Assembly: GCA_951406725.2 (NCBI GenBank)
Contig: OX597815.1
Location: 103,416,001 to 103,480,000, forward strand
Length of the DNA stretch: 64,000 nucleotides
DNA from: Octopus vulgaris
Lineage: Eukaryota
Direction of reading: 5' to 3'
A program made the position numbers and the translations under genes. Positions 1-10,279 of this stretch are shown in pieces (position 1 is the first letter of the stretch; every line of letters begins with the position of its first letter). The notes below the pieces were generated by a model. That model had not been told where the DNA came from, searched no databases, and was given only the letters and a program-made list of their open reading frames with translations.

Positions 1-1226
1 TCGGAGGCGGAGGACCTGGGAGTAGGGGATGGCTCGTTTGGTGTGGAAGGGGTGGGAGGAGGAGAAGTTGAGATAGAGGTGGGAATCCGTAGGTTTAAAG
101 AAGGCGGAGGTGGTGAGAGAGTTGGAGGGGTGGTCGATTCGGAGAGAGATGTCAAGGAAGTTGACAGAGGTGTTGGAGATGGTGGAGGTGAATTGAAGAG
201 AGGGGTGAAAGTTGGAAAGGAAAGAGATGAATTGGCAGAGGAGTTCGCGGGAAAGGGAGGTGGCACCTATGCAGTCGTCTATATAGCGACCGTATAGTTC
301 GGGGGTCGGCCCGGAGAACTGGGAGAATTCTTGGGCCTCAATGTAGCCAAGAAAGAGATTGGCGAAATTGGGGCCCATCCTAGTTCCCATCGCGACCCCG
401 GACACCTGTTGGTACGTTTCCCCGGCGAACGTGAAACAGTTGAGGGTGAGGACGAGCTCAGCCAAGCGGAGGAGGGTGGGGGTGCTAGGGGTGGGGTCGG
501 GATGACGGTCGAGGAAGTATTGGAGGGCTAGGAGACCGTCATTGTGGGGAATCACAGTGTACAGGGATTTTACATCTAATGTGAAGAGGAGGTGTGAGGG
601 GCTGGAATGGAAGGAAAAGGAATTGAAGAGACGGAGGGCTTGGTTGGTGTCGTGTATGTGGGATGGGAGGGCTGCGACTAGGGGGGACAGGATGCGGTCG
701 AGGTATACGGAAATGAGTTCAGTGGGGCAATTACAGGCAGAGACTATGGGACGGCCCGGATTAGAGGGTTTATGGATCTTGGGAAGGAAGTAGATGGTGG
801 AGGTGCGGGGTGTGCGGACGATGAGGTTGGTGGCGGTGGGGGGGGGAGAGCAGAGGAGAAGATGAGGTCGCGGATGGTGGAGGAAACTCGCTGTTGGTAG
901 GAGGAGGTGGGATCGGAAGGGAGGAGGCGATAGAAGAGGGGATTTTGAAGCTGGTTGAGCGCTTCCTCCCTGTATAGGTTCGCGCGCCACACTACCACTG
1001 CCCCGCCTTTGTCCGCCGGCTTGATGACGATGTCATCACGGCGGCGGAGGTGGCGAAGGGCAATGGATTCGGCCCGAGTGAGGTTGGTTCGGCGGGGACG
1101 TGGCTCAAAGTTGAACCGGTGGACCAACGCGTTGCAGTCATGTACAAACGAATCTAGGCTACTGAATAGGCCTGGGGGCGGCGTCCAGTGGGATGGACGA
1201 CGCCCCAGCTCCACAAGGCAATCCTG
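1..1226 (-). mobile_element. Penelope-like retroelement, reverse transcriptase region (5'-truncated, continues beyond left edge)
   Basis: Manual minus-strand translation gives IVIKPADKGGAVVVW, then after one frame change at the G run 838-846: YFLPKIHK..GRPIVS, LFTLDVKSLYTVIP, GVAMGTRMGPNFANLF, YGRYIDDC (~271-294), NFLDI, FKPTDSHLYLNFSSSHP..IPYSQ. No stop from 837 to 1. The 5' end abuts (TA)n at 1227. Confidence 0.92.
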
Positions 1227-1227
1227 A

Positions 1228-1284
<57 letters not shown>

Positions 1285-1293
1285 CATACATAC

Positions 1294-1324
<31 letters not shown>

Positions 1325-1340
1325 CATACATACATACATA
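1227..1340. repeat. compound microsatellite (TA)n/(TACA)n
   Basis: Direct reading. Confidence 0.97.
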
Positions 1341-1835
1341 GAAAAATACTGTTTGAAATTAAGCTTATTAAATACCCATCTACTACAATATACAAATAAG
1401 GCTGTCAAAACAGGTAAAATAAACTTTGACCTAACTAGATAGATTCCCACTTTTGGCCACCAACTGGTGTGAAGCCGATGTCAACCATATAATTTTATCA
1501 TCAGATAGAATTTCAAATGCAAAGTAACTTTCCCACGCTTTCTCTTGAACCTTAGCCAATAAACAACTAACGAACACATTTTGCTTCGAACCAAACTGTT
1601 TGGGGGACGCAGAACGAAGATGTACAGAAAATTATGCCTGGTTGCATATGCATCTCCTTGTACTCTGTGCAACGGAAGGACGTGTAAGTCATCGTAACTT
1701 TAAAAAAATATGCTCTATAACATTGTAAAATAAGAGGTAATAATTTTTATGATGTACCAGTCACCATATTTTCTATCGTTATAATTACTGCAAATATATA
1801 CCCCAGATAAATATATTCCTTCCTATTATAAGCAT

Positions 1836-2031
1836 AAGGCATGACATATCGTGGGAGGGGGCCAGTCGATCAGATCGACTCCAGTACGCAACTGGGACTT
1901 AATTTATCGACCTCGAAAAGATGAAAGGCAAAGTCTACTTCAGCTGAATTTGAACTTAGAACGTATCGACGGACGAAATACCGCCAAGCATTTCGTCCAG
2001 CATGCTAGTGATTCTGCCAGCTCACCGCCTT
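1836..2031 (-). mobile_element. tRNA-derived SINE, family A
   Basis: Reverse complement begins GGCGGTGAGCTGGCAGAATC, has B-box-like AGTTCAAATTC and core GACTTTGCCTTTCATC..GGTCGATAAATTAAGT. Homologous to 7829-7982. Confidence 0.8.
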
Positions 2032-2459
2032 TTACTCCAGGAAGCGGAATTATCCGTCAGAGGAATTTGCAGCGTGAGTGACAACTCCTAGTAATCATAA
2101 ACGTTAACTAATAATCGATATGATTAGCCGTAACCTGGAACATAACTGAAAGCTACCACGGTAATGAATCTGCTCGGGTGATATATACCTCTAAACTCAT
2201 CAGGGCTGTATTTAGAACTCAATGTGTCTCTTTATATATCAGAAGCGAAATCTGCAAAGAAAACTCTTGTATAGTAAGCTAAGCTATTCTTCACTGGCAA
2301 TATGAAAATTATATAAATGAATATGCAATGTGTTTGATTCGATAAATTTAAAATCCAAATTAAGACTGCAAAGCTTGCTTATTTTCTATATAAAATGAAG
2401 GTGGGAAAAGAGAATATATCGATTGTAAAATATTTGAAGGCAGTCACTTTAAATTAAGT

Positions 2460-3055
2460 TTATCCACTTCGTTTAATAATGAGAATATAAGACTGCATAT
2501 AACAGCTGATACTTGTATTTTCACCCAAGAAATATTTTCCCGTTGATATAGATTTGGTTATCAAACCACCACCCAATGCCGCTTTCTTAATTTTCATCAA
2601 TACTTTGGAGTTGTGACATAGTGCAGAATTGACAGAAGGGAAAAAAGTTAATTGAGTAAGTGGAATAACAATTTCCTTGTATGATTCTGCATTGATTTTT
2701 GTCCAATCTAGTGAATATCTTTTATTTGTCGGGCTGATTGACTGTTTCATTCAAGAAACTAATGTCAATGAAAATGTCCATCTGTAAGTGTTAATTTTTA
2801 TTGTAAGTACAATTATAGACAACAGGTGGTGAGTCTCACTAAGTTTTCAGGAAGATATTTCAATACAAAGTCGTGGATTAGAGGATGGAATATTAGTGGA
2901 TTAGCAAACAAGAATCATTGCTTACGATATATTCTCAGTGAAAGTCTTTAACCTGTTCTTCGCCGCGCGTCATGCATTGGTCGTTGTTCATGCTAAAATA
3001 ATCGTTAAATATCGGAGTTTTGCTGAATTTTGAATTTCATCTGCTATTTTACACA
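2460..3055 (-). mobile_element. highly decayed hAT (hATm-like) transposase relic
   Basis: Colinear degenerate motifs PMHDAR (cf. HARW), KYLPENL (cf. HPENL), INAESY and LCHNSKVL (cf. PCHTQAVE); many stops. Confidence 0.4.
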
Positions 3056-3058
3056 TTT

Positions 3059-3667
3059 TGGTCTGATCAATAAGTATCCGGACTCTTGTTAAAGTAACGA
3101 AGATATAAAGCTGAGAGTAAAGCTGCTTAACACACGTTGACCTTGATCACTGCTATGCTTGCGCACTAAGTGTTAACGTCCCGGTTCACTTCTGCTGTTT
3201 ACAGGAGTGCATGGAAGGAAGGAGTGTAGCGTATGATCATCGCATTGACCATGAGAGAATGTTGAGCAGAGAATCTACTTCAAATTTTTCCAGAAGCTTG
3301 GCGATACCTGCTCAGAGGCCTACGCAAAATTTTCAAATGTTTTTCATCGTTCTTAACACAATCAAGGAGATATTGTACAACTGAAATTTGAGTGTCCTTT
3401 TCGTTGGCTGAAAGCATTTTTGGCACAAACTTGGCAGACACGCGTCTCATACCCAAAATCTTCAGTGATAATGGACTAAATTGAACCGTAACTAATCTGC
3501 ACATCCTCTGATAACTCAAGGTTGGTGATTCAACGATTGCCCCTCACAGCTGCACGAACGTCTGTAATGTTTTTCTTAGTTCTGCTGGTTGTGGGTCTCC
3601 CAGAACATTCGTCAGTATCGACGTTTTTCGGCCATCTTGAGAACGTCTAAACCACTCGTAGACGTGG
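3059..3667. mobile_element. mariner transposon relic with internal inversion
   Basis: TIR-like GGTCTGATCAATAAGTATCCGGACT at ~3060. The plus strand encodes VEQRIYFKFFQKLGDTCSEAYAK (3261-3329). The minus strand from 3330-3667 encodes VYEWFRRSQDGR, ERSGRPTT and LGMRRVSAKFVPKML. Confidence 0.85.
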
Positions 3668-4586
3668 AAATTTTCCCCAAAAATTTCCCGAAAATTTTCA
3701 CCGAAAATATTCACCAAAAATTTCCCGAAAATTTTCCCAAACAATTTTCTGAAAATTTTCACCGGAAATTTTCCCCAAACATTTTTCGAAAATTTTCACT
3801 GAAAATTTTCCCCAAAAGTTTTTCGAAAATTTCCACCGAAAATTTTCCCCAAAAATTTTTCGAAAATTTTATCCAAAAGTCTTTCGAAAATTTTACCCAG
3901 AAATGTTTCGAAAATTTTCTGAAAATTTTCACCGAAAATTTTCCCCCAAAATTTCCCGAAAATTTTCTCCAAACATTTTCTGAAAATTTTCCCAAAAATT
4001 TTCCGAAAATTTTCACCGAAAATTTTACCCAAAAATTTTCTGAAAATTTTCACTGAAAATTTTACCCAAAAATTTCCCGAAAATTTACCCAAACATTTTC
4101 TGAAAATTTTCCCCAAAAATTTTTCGAAAATTTTCACTGAAAATTTTCCCCAAAAATTTTTCGAAAATTTTCACCCAAAATTTTTCGAAAATTTTCAGAG
4201 AAAATTTTACCAAAAATTCTTCGAAAATTTTCAACAAAAATTTTTCGAAAATTTCCATCGAAAATTTTACGCAGAAATGTTTCGAAAATTTTCAACAAAA
4301 ATTTTCACCAAAAATTTTTCGAAAATTTTCACCGAAAATTTTACTCAAAAATTTTTCGAAAATTTTCCCCAAAAATTTCCAGAAAATTTTCCCCATAAAT
4401 TTTTCGAAAGTTTTCACTGAAAATTTTTCCCAAAATTTTTCGAAAATTTTTATCGAAAATTTTCCCAAAAATTTTTTGAAAATTTCTACCGAAAATTTTC
4501 TCCAAAAATTTTTCGAAAATTTTACCCAAAAGTTTTTCGAAAATTTCGACCGAAAATTTTACCCAGAAATGTTTCGAAAACTTTCA
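3668..4586. repeat. A4T4 minisatellite (GAAAATTTTC-type ~12-bp subunits, ~35-36-bp higher-order unit)
   Basis: Continuous run of AAAATTTT cores separated by C-rich 2-4 nt spacers. Confidence 0.92.
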
Positions 4587-4647
4587 ACGATTAAAGTGAA
4601 AGTATTTATATAAAACGAGAGAAGTGTACCTTAAAGCACTACTCAAA

Positions 4648-5714
4648 AAGCTTGGCGATACCTGCTCAGAGGCCTACGCAAAATTTTCAAATGTTTTTCA
4701 TCGTTCTTAACACAATCAAGGAGATATTGTACAACTGAAATTTGAGTGTCCTTTTCGTTGGCTGAAAGCATTTTTGGCACAAACTTGGCAGACACGCGTC
4801 TCATACCCAAAATCTTCAGTGATAATGGACTAAATTGAACCGTAACTAATCTGCACATCCTCTGATAACTCAAGGTTGGTGATTCAACGATTGCCCCTCA
4901 CAGCTGCACGAACGTCTGTAATGTTTTTCTTAGTTCTGCTGGTTGTGGGTCTCCCAGAACATTCGTCAGTATCGACGTTTTTCGGCCATCTTGAGAACGT
5001 CTAAACCACTCGTAGACGTGGAAATTTTCCCCAAAAATTTCCCGAAAATTTTCCCAAAAAATTTTCTGAAAATTTTCACCGGAAATTTTACCCAAAAATT
5101 TTCTGAAAATTTTCACCGAAAATTTTACCCAAAAATTTTCTGAAAATTTTCACTGAAAATTTTACCCAAAAATTTCCCGAAAATTTACCCAAACATTTTC
5201 TGAAAATTTTCCCCAAAAATTTTTCGAAAATTTTCACCCAAAATTTTTCGAAAATTTTCAGAGAAAATTTTACCAAAAAATTCTTCGAAAATTTTCAACA
5301 AAAATTTTTCGAAAATTTCCATCGAAAATTTTACGCAGAAATGTTTCGAAAATTTTCAACAAAAATTTTCACCAAAAATTTTTCGAAAATTTTCACCGAA
5401 AATTTTACTCAAAAATTTTTCGAAAATTTTCCCCAAAAATTTCCAGAAAATTTTCCCCATAAATTTTTCGAAAGTTTTCACTGAAAATTTTTCCCCAAAA
5501 TTTTTCGAAAATTTTTATCGAAAATTTTCCCAAAAAATTTTTTGAAAATTTCCACCGAAAATTTTCTCCAAAAATTTTTCGAAAATTTTTACCCAAAAGT
5601 TTTTCGAAAATTTCGACCGAAAATTTTACCCAGAAATGTTTCGAAAACTTTCAACGATTAAAGTGAAAGTATTTATATAAAACGAGAGAAGTGTACCTTA
5701 AAGCACTACTCAAA
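4648..5714. repeat. second copy of tandem duplication (mariner fragment + satellite + unique tail) of 3294-4647
   Basis: 4648-5021 matches 3294-3667 (offset 1354). The satellite is shorter (5022-5653). The tail TTCAACGATTAAAGTG...GCACTACTCAAAAA recurs at offset 1067. Confidence 0.93.
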
Positions 5715-5976
5715 AAAAAAACACAGCAAACAGAAACAAATAAATACATAACGATTTACTCCTCACACAATTTCTTCAATTAGAGTTTACCTATGATTTT
5801 TCAAAGTACTTCCATTCGGTCATGGCATACAAAATTTCTTTCAATTTCACCCCCATTTCAGAAAAAATTCGAGAAAACTAAATATTTTACCATTTCACTC
5901 TTTCACTCTGCATATTACTCCCACTTCCTTTTACACACATAGACACGCAAATATATAAATAAAATTGTAAGCTAAC

Positions 5977-6048
5977 GTGTGTGTGTGTGTGTGTGCGTGT
6001 GTGTGAGTGTGTGTGTGTGTGTGTGTGCGTGTGTGTGTGTGTGGGTGT

Positions 6049-6086
<38 letters not shown>

Positions 6087-6128
6087 GTGTGTGTGCGTGT
6101 GTGTGTGTGCGTGTGTGTGAGTGTGTGA
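5977..6128. repeat. (TG)n microsatellite
   Basis: Direct reading. Confidence 0.97.
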
Positions 6129-6916
6129 CAGGGATGAGCCAGTCAGACTGGTCATCCTTTTTGCTAGAAGATCACCTATGGTCTTTTATGCTACACCACT
6201 GGTTTTCAGTTCATATTAATTAAATTAATATTCACAGCAAGAAGGACTATTCATTATAATACATCAGTTCCACACATTTTGTTTTGTGTCCCATAATCTG
6301 AAAGCGATTATGATGACACACAATCTGTTTGCTAACAAAACCTTATGCTTGATGCTGTGTATGATAAACTAAAAGAGATATTAATGGTACCTAATCTCTT
6401 TGCTAACATGTTCTTGTATTCGATCCTATGTTCCATAAATTGAAAGTTGAGGGAAATTCAATTACTTGTATGAGATCTCATTTCGTTGTAGCTGCTTTTG
6501 TATTTGTTAAATCATAAGTAACCCTGGGAGAGTAGACTTATGTTCAAAGGTAACCCAGCCATAATCATCCTGTCTTTTTAGGGGTGAGTAGGATTATATC
6601 CTTCTAAGTGTCTTTTCGTTCGTCAAGACGGTGAGGTAAAATTTGAGGGCAATTTGTGTGCAGTTTCTAGTACGTTGAGCATTCAAATTGCAGAAAATAC
6701 TTTACCTCTGAACACTAGCTGAACTTTTAAAAGACAATTTCAATCCGTGGCATTTGAACATTTCTCACATATCTAGGATAGAACAGTTGTTGTGCGCACG
6801 AACATCTAGTCTGCATCTAAAGAATTTTCATTTAGCTTAATTCGCAATACACCACATTCTCTGACACATACGTTTCCAAGACGACGGACTTGGTTCTTTT
6901 GAAATTGCAAATCTGT

Positions 6917-6983
6917 AAACAACGGCAACAACAACGACTACTACTACCACCACTGCTGCTGCTGCTACTACTACTACTACTAA

Positions 6984-7036
<53 letters not shown>

Positions 7037-7230
7037 ATACTACTGCTGCTCCTAAATCAAACGATAGGAGTTTCAGCAATAAAAGAAAACATAAACAATG
7101 TCAACAAAATAAACAATAGGTAACAATAACAGTTACAATGATAACAACAACAACAACAATAACAAGCAACGTCAGTAAGACCAACAATAACAGTAGCAAC
7201 AGCAACAGCAACAACAATATCAATAACGAC
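6917..7230. repeat. compound trinucleotide repeats (ACT)n/(GCT)n/(AAC)n
   Basis: Direct reading. Confidence 0.9.
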
Positions 7231-7512
7231 AGCGGTTTCGATTCCCAGACCGGGCGTTGTGTGTGTTTATTGAGCGAAAACACCTAAAGCTCCACGAGGC
7301 TTCGGCAGGGGGTGGTGGTGACCCCTGTTGTACTCTTTTGCTCCAACTTTCTCTCACTCTTGTTCCCGACTTCCAACGCAACCGCTGAGCCTGGATGCGC
7401 ATTCATCCATCCGTCGATGCTCTCGGTGTCGGGGGTTGATCTGCTCTCTCTTCTGCGGGTATTACGAATAGCAAAGGATCACGTTTCGGACATCTTCCAT
7501 CTTCGCTCAACA
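7231..7512 (+). mobile_element. SINE-like interspersed repeat, 5' part (family C)
   Basis: B-box-like GGTTTCGATTCCC at the start; GC-richer island between simple repeats. Confidence 0.55.
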
Positions 7513-7828
7513 GCAGCAGCAACAGCAATAACTGTTTATTAAGAAAGAAATGCGAAACAGTCAAATAAAGTGTTAAGCTGGCGACATTGAGATGACATTG
7601 TAGAATGTTGACATTACTATAGCATACGAAGGAAAGGAAACAGTTTCACACGTTGTGTAAAGGTAGGTGAAATGGAGACTAGGAGAAACAGACATCTGAG
7701 AAAAATCGATGTTCTTTATGAAATGATCAGACATGTTAGACAAGGAAATTTGAAGTATAACAAAATAAAAATAAAATTTTTCTTGGTAATTATGCTTCCA
7801 TTGTTGTTGATAGTGTGGCTATCATTGA

Positions 7829-7982
7829 CGAGTTGGCAGAATCGTTAGCACACCGGGCAAAATGCTTAGCGGTATTATGTCCGACTTTACTACGTTCTGA
7901 GTTCAAATTCCGCCGAAGTCGACTTTGCCTTTCATCCTTTCGGGGTCGATAAATTAAGTACTAGTTGTAATCGACTTAACAC
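7829..7982 (+). mobile_element. tRNA-derived SINE, family A
   Basis: A-box TGGCAGAATCG, B-box GAGTTCAAATTCC, core GACTTTGCCTTTCATCCTTTCGGGGTCGATAAATTAAGTAC. Confidence 0.82.
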
Positions 7983-8860
7983 AGAGATTTCTTTCGAGAG
8001 CATGTCTAAACCTGCCTGGATTCTTCTTTTCCACCATGGATCTTTTCTTTCGTCACTACCATTATGTTTCTTTTCCTTGACATCAACAACCGCGTTTTCT
8101 GCTACAATAATACTTGCTGCCTTGATCATATTATTTATTTTTGTGATGTTGTTTGTTCTGATGTATTTCAGAATTTCATTGACATTTTTCGTTTCTTGGT
8201 TCAATTTCCATCGATCAACCTTTTTAAAGTTGCAAATAATGTCGCTATCGTTCTCCTGTAGTCTTACCTTTATCCTGTCGTAGCTTGCCTTTTGTTCATC
8301 TGTCATGTCGCCATTAGTTTTATTGTCTTCTTTCAGATCATCTACATGTTTCTCATCAAGTAAGCTACCACTGCTTCTTTCCTGTGCTATGAGATTACTC
8401 TTATTAATAAGTGTATTTTCATTGTTATCTCTGCTGCTATTGTCCATGACCCGTCTTTTGATAGCTTCGAGCTCTACTTCTGTAAACCACGATTTTTTTC
8501 TTATTGCTCTAGCTTGATCACATAATATATGTTCCGTGAGTTGAAACAATCCCTTTTCCTTCCAATGATTATATATATATGTTGTCAGTAACCCCTAATT
8601 TGAGCACCATTTTCATCTATCAGATTGCTCAGGTAGTAACACTCCATGACCACAGCTTGAATTTGCTTGCCCCGTCTACGCCGTGTCTGCTGGCCCCTTT
8701 CTGGATATCAACAGGCTGGAGCCGGACCAGAATCTCTGAGCCTGCTAAGTGCAACACTGTCACCATCAATGACTTCAGTTTCATTACCACGGTTATTCAC
8801 AATATTTGTTTTTTCATTGTCACTCACATGAGGTACGATTATCAGGTCAAGTAATTACCA
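7983..8860 (-). mobile_element. R4/Dong-clade (RLE) non-LTR retrotransposon, N-terminal ORF fragment
   Basis: AVVMECYYLS..IRGY, then WKEKGLFQLTEHILCDQARAIRKKSWFTEVELEAIK...DPWWKRRI (ORF 7932..8549). These are typical R4/Dong N-terminal motifs. A short (TA)n expansion interrupts at ~8570-8580. Confidence 0.78.
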
Positions 8861-8879
8861 GTGATTTTTTTGTGACACC

Positions 8880-9378
8880 ATCACTAGATGTATCATTAAT
8901 CAGGACATAGAGCGGCTCCACCCGCTTTCATCGATATTCTTCCTTGTGTGTTGTGAAATGTTTATATCTCTGCCGTAAGACTTCATTTCCACACGCGCCA
9001 GCTTAATTCATTTCGTCCTTAGTCGAAAGACACCTGTTGTTATGTCCTGTTATTATTTTTATTGTATTTTTTATTGTATCTATATTTGTGTAACATTGTC
9101 CGTTTTTTCCGTCCATGTTTTTGTATACATTCGCTGCTTTCTTCCAAGGAATCTAATGCTCTTAGCTTAGTTTTTCCTTGGGGCTGGCCAGATTGGAGCA
9201 ATCTCAAGAATAATTAGCCGAAATTGCGAGGATAATCTGGTGCTTGACTGAGGAAAGAAAACTTCGAATGACCCATCCTTGTTTTCTTTGTATCATCTAT
9301 CTGGATGTTTTGTTGTCCCTTTTTGTATCACCTAGCTGTCCGGATGTTTTACGTTCTTGTCCCATTTTGTATTGTGTA
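8880..9378. repeat. unclassified interspersed repeat ending at (TA)n
   Basis: Distinct T-rich segment with an internal duplication (ctggatgttttgttgtccc / ccggatgttttacgttcttgtccc). No coding motif recognised. Confidence 0.35.
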
Positions 9379-10090
9379 TATATATATATGCCAGTATGCT
9401 AAAAGAACTAGACTTTAGATCTTCCTTCTTCAGCGAGAAACACGATTAGAAATAAATGGAACACTCACATATACCCACGGAAAAAGCAGATGCAAAGTCA
9501 TGAGCACATTTAAGTATCCCAAATATATATACAAACAGAAATTCTGTAGCAAGCTTCAGTACACGAGTCTGAAAACTCACGTAAAGTGGTTACCAGTCTC
9601 GAAGTGAATCGTAATAAATTTACTTCTAATGTAAGAATAAAATTTTTCAAAAGAAAAAGAAATTATCAGTGGCCAGCATATTAAAATACCTTTCAAGGTG
9701 AAAATATAAACAATTATAAATAAGGGTAAAAGAAAAAATTTTCTATGCCAGTATGCTGAAAAATAGACTTTAGAATGTCTAACCACATACAATATTTTAC
9801 ACTATAAATACACAGCGTGCTGAAACAAAGAAAGCAAGCTTACAGAAATTTTTAAAAATTCGTTATTCCCGAATCGGACCGATTTCTGAATTAATCCACG
9901 AGTATTCTTCCTTCTTCAAGGAGAAACACGATTAGAAATAAATGGAATACTCACATAAGCAGATATTTCGTTTTGGGATTTGTTTTGCAAGATTCTTTAT
10001 GTGAGTTCGTGTGTTGAATCATATTTTGTTGTGTCTGGGGAGAGAATTTTCAATTGCTATTTTTCGTGAGATATTTACGAAGATATGTCT

Positions 10091-10175
10091 ATCTGATGAA
10101 ACCTCATTATATTTAAACGATATTTTATTATTCTTGAAAAAATTATTTTATTAATGGTGTTGAAACAGCTGTAAT
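10091..10175 (+). ncRNA. hammerhead ribozyme motif (type I, weak stem I)
   Basis: CTGATGA 10093-99; stem II aacctcatta/taatggtgtt; GAAA 10162-65; palindromic CAGCTG; GUA site. Confidence 0.6.
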
Positions 10176-10279
10176 TTATGAAATGTGTCATTTGTTTGTG
10201 CAAAATAATATAATTGAATCTTTCTTTATCAAAATCATCCCTATGGCTTAATCTTGAGCGGTTGTAATTAACACTTCAT

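Noticed and set aside
43-1227. Plus-strand Gly/Glu/Arg-rich ORFs
   Set aside because: Antisense shadows of the Penelope RT.
2170-2207. Minus-strand CTGATGA...cccGAGC hammerhead-like relic resembling 13473
   Set aside because: GAAA and cleavage site are lost; too degenerate to call.
3544-5596. ORFs with KIFGENF/ENFPK repeats
   Set aside because: Read-through of the A4T4 satellite in several frames on both strands.
3668-5653. CRISPR-like or telomeric array
   Set aside because: No constant repeat with unique spacers, no cas genes, no telomere motif; eukaryotic context.
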